Positions 42,633 to 51,877 of a stretch of 64,000 bases of DNA are shown here, piece by piece (positions within the stretch are counted from its first letter, which is position 1; every line of letters begins with the position of its first letter). The notes beneath the pieces are model-generated. The model was given only the letters and a program-made list of their open reading frames with translations, ran no database searches and had not been told where the DNA came from. A program made the position numbers and the translations under genes. Origin of the DNA: Pseudothermotoga sp. (GTDB lineage Bacteria > Thermotogota > Thermotogae > Thermotogales > DSM-5069); NCBI GenBank assembly GCA_031962025.1, contig JAVRKW010000001.1; one strand, 5' to 3'.

Positions 42633-43655
42633 ATGCCAAAGGTGGTAACTTTCGGTGAAATCATGATGAGACTTGCGACGCCAGGTTATCTCAGGTTAGT
42701 TCAGACTGATCGATTTGAGATTACGTACGCGGGAGCCGAGGCAAATGTAGCCGTTTCACTTGCAAATTTTGGTTTAAATGTCGCCTATGTCACTAAATTG
42801 CCCAATAACGAGTTGGGTCAGGCAGCTCTGAGAACTCTCAGGCAGTACGGTGTTGACACTTCTCATGTTGTCTTTGCCGATGGAAGGTTGGGATTGTATT
42901 TTCTCGAAACGGGTTTTTCCCAAAGGCCATCAAAAGTGATATATGACAGGTCAAATTCTGTTTTCGCGCTGTCAAAACCTGAAGACTTCAATTGGGATGA
43001 GATTTTTAAAGATGCCATCTGGTTTCACTTTACCGGTATAACACCGGCACTTTCAGATAATCTTGTGCAATCCTGCAGACAGGCTCTTCAAAAGGCAAAA
43101 GAAAGGAACATAACTGTTTCTTGTGATTTGAATTATCGTGCGAAACTCTGGAGTGAGCAAAAAGCAAGACAGGTGATGACTGAACTTGTTAAATACGTGG
43201 ACGTACTTTTTGCAAATGAGGAAGATGCAGAAAAAGTTTTTGCAATTCGTGCAGATGATTCAAACATCGTCGAAGGGAAACTGAGCTTAAAGGGATATGA
43301 ACAGGTGTGTCGCAGATTGAGAGATACCTTTGGTTTGAAAAAAGTTGCCATAAGTCTGAGAGAAAGTATTGTGGCAAACATAAACGGCTGGTCGGGTGTC
43401 CTTCTGGATGGTGACAATTTTTACCACAGCAAACAGTATACAGTTCACATTGTTGATCGAGTGGGTGCAGGTGATTCGTTTGCAGCCGGTTTAATCTATG
43501 GAATTATCAACAACATGGAACCCGAACAGGCTCTGAACTTTGCCGTTGCGGCTTCCTGTTTGAAACACACGATAGTCGGCGATTTTAATCAGGTGACCCT
43601 GCAAGAGGTGAAGAATCTGGCAAAAGGTGAAGGAACTGGGCGAGTGGTGAGATGA
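42633..43655 (+). CDS. kdgK: 2-keto-3-deoxygluconate kinase (PfkB family)
   Basis: FGEIMMRL, GAEANVA, DLNYR, DRVGAGDSF. Confidence 0.88.
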   Translation: MPKVVTFGEIMMRLATPGYLRLVQTDRFEITYAGAEANVAVSLANFGLNVAYVTKLPNNELGQAALRTLRQYGVDTSHVVFADGRLGLYFLETGFSQRPSKVIYDRSNSVFALSKPEDFNWDEIFKDAIWFHFTGITPALSDNLVQSCRQALQKAKERNITVSCDLNYRAKLWSEQKARQVMTELVKYVDVLFANEEDAEKVFAIRADDSNIVEGKLSLKGYEQVCRRLRDTFGLKKVAISLRESIVANINGWSGVLLDGDNFYHSKQYTVHIVDRVGAGDSFAAGLIYGIINNMEPEQALNFAVAASCLKHTIVGDFNQVTLQEVKNLAKGEGTGRVVR

Positions 43656-44411
43656 ATGGCGATAGGATCTGTTGAAAAGACTTTGAAAATTCTGGAATTC
43701 ATAATACTGAGAAAAAATGGTGCGCGAATCCAGGATATTGCACAACATCTGAAAATATCTTCTCCTGCTGTGTACAAGCATCTTGAAACCCTTGTTCAGG
43801 CAGGTTATGTTTTCAAAGAACCACACAGCCATAGATATCTGCCATCTTACAAAATAGTCGAACTTGGCAGTATAATCCTCAGGAATGTGCAGGTCAGGGA
43901 AATAGCCCATCCGTTTTTAGTGGATCTCATGGAAAAAACCGGCATGACCGTTCATTTTGCCCTTAAAAGTGGTTATGAGGGAGTGTACATTGACAAAATA
44001 GAGAGTGATCGAACAATTCCGACCGTGTCTCGAATAGGTATGAAGATGAGGCTCTACTCAACCGGCTTTGGCAAAGCAATCCTGGCATTTCTTCCAGAAG
44101 AAGAGCTCGAAGATTACTTTTCCAAAGTGAAACTTGAAAAGCAAACCGAACATACGATAGTCGATGTGAAATTGCTGAAGAAGGAACTTTCCATCGTCAG
44201 GCAAAAAGGTTATGCTGTTGACAGAGAGGAAAATGAGCCTGGTATAATGTGTATTGGAGCACCCGTGTTTGATTACACAGGTAATGTAATAGGAGGCATC
44301 AGTGTTACAGGGGCTGTTAGTTCTTTCAGCCAACAAGCCATCGATATCGTTGCAAATGAAGTTGTTAAGACAGCGCATGAGATTTGTAAAAAACTCGGAG
44401 CATCCCTTTGA
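43656..44411 (+). CDS. IclR-family regulator (KdgR-like)
   Basis: N-terminal HTH, STGFGKAILA, GYAVDREENE; directly after kdgK. Confidence 0.88.
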   Translation: MAIGSVEKTLKILEFIILRKNGARIQDIAQHLKISSPAVYKHLETLVQAGYVFKEPHSHRYLPSYKIVELGSIILRNVQVREIAHPFLVDLMEKTGMTVHFALKSGYEGVYIDKIESDRTIPTVSRIGMKMRLYSTGFGKAILAFLPEEELEDYFSKVKLEKQTEHTIVDVKLLKKELSIVRQKGYAVDREENEPGIMCIGAPVFDYTGNVIGGISVTGAVSSFSQQAIDIVANEVVKTAHEICKKLGASL

Positions 44412-44474
44412 ACACACCCAGACCACCTCTGTCAAGATTGCGAACAATCAATACCATATATAAATGGAGGTGGT

Positions 44475-44852
44475 GTGATGCGTCTGAAGTTTGTCTTTGG
44501 TACGTGTGAAGTTGTGGCTGAACTTTATGAAGACAAAGCTCCAGTAACTATCGATGCGATCAAAAAGTGTTTACCGATTAAAAGCATCATAAACAGATGG
44601 GGTGACGAGATTTATTTCGAAACACCTGTAAAACTCGCATTGGATGAGAACAGCAAAGAAACGGTAGAAGAAGGAGACGTTGCATTCTGGATACCCGGCA
44701 AAGCTATATGCATTTTCTTTGGTAAAACACCGATAAGCGATGACAAAATAAGGCCAGCCAGTGCGGTGAATGTGTTCGGCAAGATAAAAGAAGGTTTGCA
44801 ATTGCTCAAAGAGATTAAAGCCGGTACTAAGGTGATAGTTCAGGTCGACTAA
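44475..44852 (+). CDS. Cyclophilin-like-fold protein
   Basis: RWGDEIYF, GDVAFWIPGKAICIFFGKTP, ASAVNVFG. Confidence 0.8.
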   Translation: MMRLKFVFGTCEVVAELYEDKAPVTIDAIKKCLPIKSIINRWGDEIYFETPVKLALDENSKETVEEGDVAFWIPGKAICIFFGKTPISDDKIRPASAVNVFGKIKEGLQLLKEIKAGTKVIVQVD

Positions 44853-44895
44853 TTTCTCCTCCTGTGGTAACATATCTTAGAAGGGAGGAGAATCA

Positions 44896-45480
44896 GTGAA
44901 TCAGAAAACGTTGTTTTATATACTCATTGCATTCATAGTGTTTTTCATTGTCACACAGTTAGTCACAACTCTTACGCAAAAGCCACCTTTTGAAATAGCT
45001 TATTACAGGAGTGAAATGGAATACGATTACACAGGCCAGGCGACATTCACAGCAACGGCTGGCCTGTTTTTCAAAGATAAATCCAAGCAGCAGCAGTATA
45101 TCAATCAGTACCAGCAGGCTTCTGTATCAACCTTTAAGAGTTACTTTGACGAAGTCAGCAAAAAGATCGGAAGGCAGATAGATGTGATCTCAATGAATTC
45201 GACTATTACCGAGAGATCTGGCATACTCGAGGTGCTCGAAATTGCCCGATTATCAAACGCTGCACTTGTGCAAGACGGTGTCGTTGACACATCGTTGAAA
45301 GATATTTCGATATATTCGGTCAGCGACTCTCAGATCAAAGTTGTTGTTCCACACGATGCACAGATACTGACCATAGAACCAACACCCACCAAGGTTGTTT
45401 CAAACCAGATTTACTGGCAACCAAGCCAGGCTTCCATGGCTTTTCCAAAGGTTGTTTTCAGGAAAGGTGGAGAAAATTGA
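44896..45480 (+). CDS. Membrane-anchored or exported hypothetical protein
   Basis: N-terminal hydrophobic helix; GGGAGG RBS. Confidence 0.75.
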   Translation: MNQKTLFYILIAFIVFFIVTQLVTTLTQKPPFEIAYYRSEMEYDYTGQATFTATAGLFFKDKSKQQQYINQYQQASVSTFKSYFDEVSKKIGRQIDVISMNSTITERSGILEVLEIARLSNAALVQDGVVDTSLKDISIYSVSDSQIKVVVPHDAQILTIEPTPTKVVSNQIYWQPSQASMAFPKVVFRKGGEN

Positions 45481-46217
45481 TAGACCGTTTTCTTGGACTG
45501 CTCAGATCTTCCAAATATGCTGTTGCCCTGACTGGTGCGGGGATCAGTACACCAAGCGGTATACCTGATTTTCGAAGTCCAACTGGGCTTTATTCGAAGT
45601 ATCCCGAGGATATCTTCGATATAGAATATTTTCAGCGCGATCCAGAGGGATTCTACAGGTTCTGTAAAGAAGTCCTGTTACCGATGACTGATGTAAAACC
45701 AAATTTGGCACACATCATGCTTGCAAAGCTTGAACAAAAGGGCATCTTGAAAGCAACAATCACGCAAAATATAGATGGTCTCCACCAGAAAGCTAAAAGC
45801 AAAAACGTCATAGAACTGCACGGCAGTGTATATGAGTATTACTGTACCAAGTGTTCGAAAAAATTTGATCTTTCATCGATTAAAAAGATGCTTGAATCTT
45901 CAAAAGTGCCGTTTTGTAGTTGTTCTGGTTTGATTCGCCCAAAGATCGTTTTTTTCGGTGAACCTTTAGATGAAAAAGCCCTTCATAGCGCGCAGGAATA
46001 TGCAGCAAGGTGTGACTTGATGATTGTACTTGGAAGCTCTCTTGTTGTCTATCCAGCGGCACAGCTTCCTTTGATCGCAAAAATGAAAGGCGCAAAGGTT
46101 GTGATTTTAAACAAAGGTGAAACTGGCTTTGATCACATGTGTGACATGAAAATTGAAGAAGATCTTTCTTCTTTTGCAGAAAAATGTTTTGCACTGGATT
46201 CAAATCTTTTCAGCTGA
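45477..46217 (+). CDS. cobB: Sir2-family NAD-dependent protein deacylase
   Basis: GAGISTPSGIPDFR, TQNIDGLH, HGS, zinc-binding Cys, GSSLVVYPA. Confidence 0.93.
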   Translation: MIDRFLGLLRSSKYAVALTGAGISTPSGIPDFRSPTGLYSKYPEDIFDIEYFQRDPEGFYRFCKEVLLPMTDVKPNLAHIMLAKLEQKGILKATITQNIDGLHQKAKSKNVIELHGSVYEYYCTKCSKKFDLSSIKKMLESSKVPFCSCSGLIRPKIVFFGEPLDEKALHSAQEYAARCDLMIVLGSSLVVYPAAQLPLIAKMKGAKVVILNKGETGFDHMCDMKIEEDLSSFAEKCFALDSNLFS

Positions 46218-46258
46218 GTTATACTACAAAATGATTAGAAAAACAGGGAGCTGAGCAC

Positions 46259-47182
46259 ATGAGTGAAAAGGTGGCAGTTTTCGGGAAGGTCAATGTGGAT
46301 ACGATTTTGTACATTGATCGACTCCAGATAGGGGAAAATCACCTGTGTCAGCAAACGCTCGTGGATATAGGCGGAAAAGGCGCAAACACCGCTATAGGTC
46401 TTGCAAAACTCGGTGTGGATAGCTATCTAATAGCCTGTGTGGGAACTGACAGCATCTCACAGAATGTTCTCAAAAAGCTGGAGAAATTTGGTGTTGACAC
46501 TTCATTCATCAAATCCTGTGCTGCTCAGATTGGTAAGACATTTGTCGTTGTTGAGTCAAAGGGTAGAAACACGATGTTCCACATCCTGGGAGCAAATAGC
46601 TATCTGAATCCCGAGATGATAGATTGGACTTTTCTGGAAAAATCAACTGCGGTCTTCATTCAATTTGGTATACCAGCCGATACGGTTCGGGAAGTCATAA
46701 CAATGTCGAAACGCAATGGAAAATATGTCTACATCGATCCGGCAGGATTTGTAGATGAGTCCATCTTGGAGATAGTTGCGTATGCCGATACGATAGCTCC
46801 AAATGAATTCGAACTCTTCAAGATGACGAAAGAAACAGACATAGAAAAGGCAGCCAAAAAACTCTTGTCTTTTGGTGTTGAAGAAGTTGTCGTTAAACTT
46901 GGATCGAAAGGTGCCAGTTTGTTCTCTGAGAAAACATCACTTCACATAGATGCATACGAAGTTGATGTGATTGACACAACGGGTGCCGGAGATGCATTCA
47001 ACGCAGCGTATATCGCAGGCAAAATGAAAAAACTTTCATTGAGAGACACTTTAAAACTCGCCGTTGCGGCTTCGGCAATTTCCGTCACAAGACAGGGCAC
47101 CTCCAGTGCAAGTCCAACCAAGGAAGAGCTAATGGAATTTCTCACAAAAGCAGGGGAAAGAGATCTTACAAACATCTTTTGA
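46259..47182 (+). CDS. PfkB/ribokinase-family kinase
   Basis: GGKGANTA, PNEFE, DTTGAGDAF. Confidence 0.88.
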   Translation: MSEKVAVFGKVNVDTILYIDRLQIGENHLCQQTLVDIGGKGANTAIGLAKLGVDSYLIACVGTDSISQNVLKKLEKFGVDTSFIKSCAAQIGKTFVVVESKGRNTMFHILGANSYLNPEMIDWTFLEKSTAVFIQFGIPADTVREVITMSKRNGKYVYIDPAGFVDESILEIVAYADTIAPNEFELFKMTKETDIEKAAKKLLSFGVEEVVVKLGSKGASLFSEKTSLHIDAYEVDVIDTTGAGDAFNAAYIAGKMKKLSLRDTLKLAVAASAISVTRQGTSSASPTKEELMEFLTKAGERDLTNIF

Positions 47183-47197
47183 AAAGAAGGTGAGCGC

Positions 47198-48769
47198 TTG
47201 AAAAAATACGTTGTTGTGACCGGTGGAGTACTGAGTGGTGTCGGAAAAGGTATTTTTTCTGCATCTCTTGCAAGATTACTCAAAGAATGCGGTGTCAGGG
47301 TAAATGTTCTTAAGATAGACCCGTATCTGAATGTGGATGCTGGAACGATGAATCCCAATCAGCACGGAGAGGTGTTTGTAACAGAAGACGGCTATGAAGC
47401 AGATTTAGATCTCGGACATTACGAGCGATTCCTCGGTGAAAATATGAGCAGAAAGAACAACATAACGGCAGGACAGATTTATTCAACTGTTGTACAGAGA
47501 GAAAGAGAAGGGGGTTACCTTGGTTCAACTGTTCAGATAGTCCCTCATGTAACAGGAGAGATCAAAAAAAGAATTGAGTCGCTCGAAGGAGAGGTAAATG
47601 TCATCGAGATAGGTGGTACAGTTGGAGACATAGAAAGTGAAGTGTTCCTGGAGAGTGTTCGCGAGCTTGCACTGGAAAAATCTTCAGATGATTTTTTGTT
47701 CATACACGTTACATACGTGCCGTATTTGAGAGCTTCAAATGAATTCAAAACCAAACCAACACAGCAATCGGTTCAACTGCTTCGAAGATCTGGTATCAAT
47801 CCAGACATGATAGTTATCAGATCTGAAAATCCCGTGAATGGCGACAGCCTCAAAAAGGTAGCTCTCTTTGGTGGAGTGCCAATTGACATGGTGATAAATC
47901 TGCCTGATGTGCCGAATGTCTATTCTGTTGTTGAGATACTGAAAAATTACGAAGTACACAGGAAAGTGGCTATGAGATTGAAAATAAACCTTGATGAATC
48001 GAATTTCAGATGGGATTATCCCAAAACATTCAAAACTTACAAGATAGCACTTGTGGCAAAATATCTTGGTACTGATGATGCATATAAAAGCATCATCGAA
48101 TCTGTTTTCTTATCGGGGTGTGTTAAACCATCGATTGTTGATGCGCAGATTCTCGAGGAGATGGACTGGGAGCAGGTATGTGAAACCCTTAGCGATTACG
48201 ATGCCTTGATAATACCCGGTGGATTTGGAAAAAGAGGCATAGAAGGTAAAATAAGGGCAATTCATTTTGCAAGAGAGTACAAAAAACCAATTCTTGGAAT
48301 TTGTCTGGGTATGCAGTTAATGGTGATCGAATTTGCAAGAAATGTTTTTGGTTATAAAAATGCCAACTCTACGGAATTTGATCCAGACACACCTTATCCG
48401 GTTATAACGCTCATGGAGGAACAGAAAAAAATCTTGCAGCTTGGTGGAACAATGAGGCTCGGTTCACAATCCATGAAAATCTTGAAAGGTACCAGATTAT
48501 GGCAGATATATGGTGAGATTGAACAGGTAGCTGAAAGGCACAGACATCGCTATGAAGTCAATTACGATGATTATCCTGAACTGTTCAAACTGCCGGGTCA
48601 GGAAGGAAACAAACTTGTTATAAGTGCACAGTCAAATTTTATCGAGGCAATTGAACTGGAAGATCATCCATATTTCATTGGAATACAGTATCATCCAGAA
48701 TTGAAAACAAAAGTAGGCGCTCCACATCCATTGTTCAAAGCTTTGATCAACTCAATCAAGAACAGTTAA
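47198..48769 (+). CDS. pyrG: CTP synthase
   Basis: GGVLSGVGKG, KIDPYLNVDAGTM, GICLGMQ, QYHPE. Confidence 0.97.
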   Translation: MKKYVVVTGGVLSGVGKGIFSASLARLLKECGVRVNVLKIDPYLNVDAGTMNPNQHGEVFVTEDGYEADLDLGHYERFLGENMSRKNNITAGQIYSTVVQREREGGYLGSTVQIVPHVTGEIKKRIESLEGEVNVIEIGGTVGDIESEVFLESVRELALEKSSDDFLFIHVTYVPYLRASNEFKTKPTQQSVQLLRRSGINPDMIVIRSENPVNGDSLKKVALFGGVPIDMVINLPDVPNVYSVVEILKNYEVHRKVAMRLKINLDESNFRWDYPKTFKTYKIALVAKYLGTDDAYKSIIESVFLSGCVKPSIVDAQILEEMDWEQVCETLSDYDALIIPGGFGKRGIEGKIRAIHFAREYKKPILGICLGMQLMVIEFARNVFGYKNANSTEFDPDTPYPVITLMEEQKKILQLGGTMRLGSQSMKILKGTRLWQIYGEIEQVAERHRHRYEVNYDDYPELFKLPGQEGNKLVISAQSNFIEAIELEDHPYFIGIQYHPELKTKVGAPHPLFKALINSIKNS

Positions 48770-48779
48770 GTGAAGGGAC

Positions 48780-48808
48780 TTGAAAAAAATTGAGCCGTAT
48801 GATAGGAT
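48780..48808 (+). promoter_or_regulatory. Promoter of the tRNA-Val/tRNA-Phe operon
   Basis: TTGAAA-17 bp-TAGGAT with TG extension. Confidence 0.7.
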
Positions 48809-48827
48809 AATCAATGGTTGCTACGGT

Positions 48828-48902
48828 GGGTGCGTAGCTCAGAGGAAGAGCGTCTGCCTTACGAGCAGAAGGCCGTAGGTTCGAGTCCTGCCGCACCCAC
48901 CA
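48828..48902 (+). tRNA. tRNA-Val (TAC)
   Basis: GGGTGCG/CGCACCC acceptor stem, TCTGC-CTTACGA-GCAGA anticodon arm, GGTTCGAGTCC, encoded CCA. Confidence 0.97.
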
Positions 48903-48909
48903 AAGGAGT

Positions 48910-48985
48910 GGCCAGGTAGCTCAGTTGGTAGAGCACTGGACTGAAAATCCAGGTGTCGACGGTTCGATTCCGCCCCTGGCCACCA
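48910..48985 (+). tRNA. tRNA-Phe (GAA)
   Basis: GGCCAGG/CCTGGCC acceptor stem, CTGGA-CTGAAAA-TCCAG anticodon arm, GGTTCGATTCC, encoded CCA. Confidence 0.97.
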
Positions 48986-49012
48986 GTTTTGTTTACCAAT
49001 ATGTGGATTTTC

Positions 49013-49046
49013 AGTCCGGTCACTTTGTCCGGACTTTTTGTTTTTT
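49013..49046 (+). terminator. Intrinsic terminator of the tRNA operon
   Basis: AGTCCGG-tcactttgt-CCGGACT followed by T runs. Confidence 0.8.
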
Positions 49047-49116
49047 ATAAACCCCCTAGATATTGATTAATAATCAAACTGTCGAGTCAGAGAGGAAATT
49101 TACGATCTCCCGCTGG

Positions 49117-49151
49117 GAAAGCCAACCCTTTTAAAGGTGGAATGAAAGGCG
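49117..49151 (+). mobile_element. IS200/IS605-like subterminal hairpin remnant
   Basis: GAAAGCCAACCCTTTTAAAGGTGGAATGAAAGGCG resembles the AAGCC..TTTA..GG.ATGAAAGGCG end motif of this family (recognised by eye). Confidence 0.45.
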
Positions 49152-49195
49152 GGCGTCTTGGGTTCAGACTGACGGCAAATGATGGAAACGATCGG

Positions 49196-49375
49196 TCACA
49201 ACGGTATACGAAGCAAAAACCCTATCATGATCTTCAGCAGAGTACTCTTTCCTGAACCGTTTTCACCAACGATTACTTTGAAGTCTCCTTCTTCTGCGTA
49301 AAAATCGACCATATCAAGAACCCGAAGCTTCCCGAACGATTTTTTGATACCGACAACTTCCACCACTCTTCTCAT
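49196..49375 (-). pseudogene. Truncated ABC ATPase (N-terminal 59 aa only)
   Basis: My translation MRRVVEVVGIKKSFGKLRVLDMVDFYAEEGDFKVIVGENGSGKSTLLKIMIGFLLRIPL*: Walker A present, then stop; not in the ORF track. Confidence 0.85.
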
Positions 49376-49526
49376 ATCAATTTCACCCTTTCACGAACAC
49401 CATTACATAATAGATACAGTCCTTACACTCGTTGTCAGTATAATCATTTTCCATGAATTGAGAATAACGCAATGAGAAAATCCGAAGACTGTGAGAGGAA
49501 AACATAAGGTCAGAGATACCTTTCAT
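49372..49526 (-). pseudogene. Probable remnant of a radical-SAM/SPASM-type gene
   Basis: ATG 49526 behind GGGGG reads ...NECKDCIY; a shifted frame continues CNGVRERVKLI*, whose TGA overlaps the next ATG (ATGA). Confidence 0.45.
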
Positions 49527-49572
49527 TGAACAACCCCCATTCCCCCTGGGTTAGAAAAACTTCAAAATTGGG

Positions 49573-51315
49573 TCAGACATCCTTATCAGTGATCTTTTTT
49601 GATTCATTCACGTACGTTTCTATTATCCTTCTGAATGTTGCGTTGTTTTGCATCAACTCTTCGAACCTTCCGATAGAAGAAACTTTTCCATTTTCAAGGA
49701 AGATTATCTTACTTGCAACCCTAATGATATTGGGCTTGTGCGATATCATGATGGCTGTTTTTTCTTTCAAAAATTCTATCAATTTCTCCAGTAAGAATTT
49801 TTCTGTTATTGTGTCCAGATTCGTGAGAGGTTCATCCAGAACAACGACAGATTTGTCTGCATAGAAGATCCTGGCAAGTTGTATCCTCTGTTTTTCTCCT
49901 CCTGAGGCGAAGCTTCCTCCTTCCCCCAGTTTTCTTCCTCTCAGATGTTCTATTCCAAGTTCCCTTATGATTCTTTCGAGTTTTTTCTCATCGTTCTCTC
50001 TTCCAAGAACTATGTTGTTTTCAAGGGTATCGTTGAATATACCGACGTTCTGGGAATAAAAAGCGACATGTTCGAAAACAGCCGAGGGCATTACCTGCTT
50101 TAAATCGTTTCCAAAGAATCTCACCACACCTTCATAGTTCTGTTCCAGGCCAAGCAGTATGTTCAACAGAGTGGACTTTCCTTCTCCAGAGAGACCCACT
50201 ATGGCAACGATTTCACGGGGTTGAATCGTGAAGCTGACCTGCCTTAAAATGGGTTTTCCTGGCTCAAAGCCAAAGGTAACATCCACCAGTTCATAAACAG
50301 GGCTTCCAGGAACGGGTTTTATTTCACGCTTTTTGAAGGTTTCTTCGGCTCGTCTTACTTCATCGAAGTAATCAAGTACAGCATCGAGGTTCGCCGACAC
50401 TCGTGTTATGACACGAGCCAGTTCTCTGAACATGTACAGGGGTGCCGTTACAAAAGAAAAGTATGTCCACAGTGCCCATATCGTTCCCACGGTCATTTTC
50501 CCGTCTATTACAAGGTATGCTCCATAGGTGAGAATGAAGAGCCGTGTGAAATATTCTGGAAGGTTCACCATCAGTTTATCGAATCTTGAGCGGGGAAGTT
50601 CTGCTTTCAAAACGGTGTCCGCCACCTGCTGATACATCGTCTCGCACTCTTTCTGACGTTTCTTTTGGGCTTCTCCGGCTAGTACTTCGTGGATGTTTTC
50701 AAACGTTTCGGTGATGAAACCCGTTACACGACGTAAAGTTTCATACATCTGCGCGTACGGCCGCTCGGTCACTCTGCCGATGATGTTCAGATAAATTCCG
50801 ACTATCACAGCATTCGCCACAAACAGGCCAAAAAAGGCTTTACTCCACACAAAAACAGTTGCCAGTATGAATACGCTACGTATTATCACCAGGACGTTCT
50901 GGAAAAATCCGTAATCAAGCAGGAAAAATGCGTCGTTGAGTTGATGATTTATCAGAGTGGCATAGTAGGCAGAACCCTGTTGTTTTAGCTTTTGCCAGGG
51001 AAAGAAAAACGACTGACTGAAGATGCGACTGGACAGATCTGCTACGGCTCTGTACTTTGCTTTCAGGTAGATCTGGTCTCCAGCGTACGTAAGAACGAAA
51101 GACAATGCATAGAGAAATCCAAGAAGATAGATCGTGTTCAGTCTCAGCTCCAGTCCTGCCAGTCCATCGATGACATCTCGCACAAGAAGAGGGATGAAGA
51201 AATCGAACACAACAGAAGATGTTGCAAGAAAGCCACCTATAACTATGAGCACCAAAAAATGCTTTCGAATTAGAGAGTAAAAGCGAAGAATCTTCCGGAT
51301 AATCCTGAGGTTCAA
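49573..51315 (-). CDS. Fused TMD-NBD ABC exporter (peptide/multidrug type, no C39 peptidase domain)
   Basis: N-terminal transmembrane region, GLSGEGKST, ASGGEKQR, LDEP, ISH; AAGGAGG RBS. Confidence 0.9.
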   Translation of the reverse strand: MNLRIIRKILRFYSLIRKHFLVLIVIGGFLATSSVVFDFFIPLLVRDVIDGLAGLELRLNTIYLLGFLYALSFVLTYAGDQIYLKAKYRAVADLSSRIFSQSFFFPWQKLKQQGSAYYATLINHQLNDAFFLLDYGFFQNVLVIIRSVFILATVFVWSKAFFGLFVANAVIVGIYLNIIGRVTERPYAQMYETLRRVTGFITETFENIHEVLAGEAQKKRQKECETMYQQVADTVLKAELPRSRFDKLMVNLPEYFTRLFILTYGAYLVIDGKMTVGTIWALWTYFSFVTAPLYMFRELARVITRVSANLDAVLDYFDEVRRAEETFKKREIKPVPGSPVYELVDVTFGFEPGKPILRQVSFTIQPREIVAIVGLSGEGKSTLLNILLGLEQNYEGVVRFFGNDLKQVMPSAVFEHVAFYSQNVGIFNDTLENNIVLGRENDEKKLERIIRELGIEHLRGRKLGEGGSFASGGEKQRIQLARIFYADKSVVVLDEPLTNLDTITEKFLLEKLIEFLKEKTAIMISHKPNIIRVASKIIFLENGKVSSIGRFEELMQNNATFRRIIETYVNESKKITDKDV

Positions 51316-51371
51316 GATTTTCCCTCCTTAGTTCGATTGTTTGACAACAGTGATTCAGTAAAAACAATGGT

Positions 51372-51390
51372 AAGGGGGAGTGCTCCCCTT
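51372..51390 (-). terminator. Stem-loop directly after the Cys-rich peptide gene
   Basis: GGGGA-gtgc-TCCCC core with AA/TT flanks, 8 nt past the TAA. Confidence 0.55.
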
Positions 51391-51398
51391 TCTTGTAA

Positions 51399-51524
51399 TT
51401 ATCCAGTTAGTACAGATCTACAACAAGCGCCGCTTAAGCAGCAAAAACCAGTAAACTGAGCACATTCCCATTCATGGATACCAGAAGTGCTATTAATTTG
51501 TAGGGCTTTTCGTAGAATTTTCAC
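51399..51524 (-). CDS. Cys-rich RiPP-like precursor peptide, 41 aa (not in the ORF track)
   Basis: AAAGGGGGTG RBS, GTG start, MKILRKALQINSTSGIHEWECAQFTGFCCLSGACCRSVLTG*; followed by a hairpin and an ABC exporter. Confidence 0.8.
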   Translation of the reverse strand: MKILRKALQINSTSGIHEWECAQFTGFCCLSGACCRSVLTG

Positions 51525-51679
51525 TTTGCTCACCCCCTTTCTATGTTAAAATTTTATTCCCAAAAATTTCAATGTATTTACGCATTTTGTTGGATGATAG
51601 CCTGGCACGTTTGCAACCACCCATCTTTTTTCCTTCTTTTCCCTTTACTTCAACTACCTCTTCTTATGCAGAACAAGGG

Positions 51680-51877
51680 TTAGAAACCCTGGTTTTCAAC
51701 AGTTAAATCTTTGGAAGTAACCTCGCAAGCAACTGTGCTTTTGGGTGCAACCTGAACCAGTTCCGCAATCTCGCTTTTCCAGGAATGTGTTTCGTTATCT
51801 GTCTTCACTTTGTCAGCGAAAATGGTTGCAGACAGGAGGACGAGTATCGAAAGGATAATCATCAAAACCTTTCGCAT
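51680..51877 (-). CDS. Small secreted protein or pro-peptide (65 aa)
   Basis: AGGTGA RBS; Sec-type signal MRKVLMIILSILVLLSATIFA; 44-aa mature part. Confidence 0.75.
   Translation of the reverse strand: MRKVLMIILSILVLLSATIFADKVKTDNETHSWKSEIAELVQVAPKSTVACEVTSKDLTVENQGF

Noticed and set aside
51541..51624. 27-aa ORF MGGCKRARLSSNKMRKYIEIFGNKILT upstream of the Cys-rich peptide
   Set aside because: Weak RBS and no motif; more likely promoter or leader sequence.
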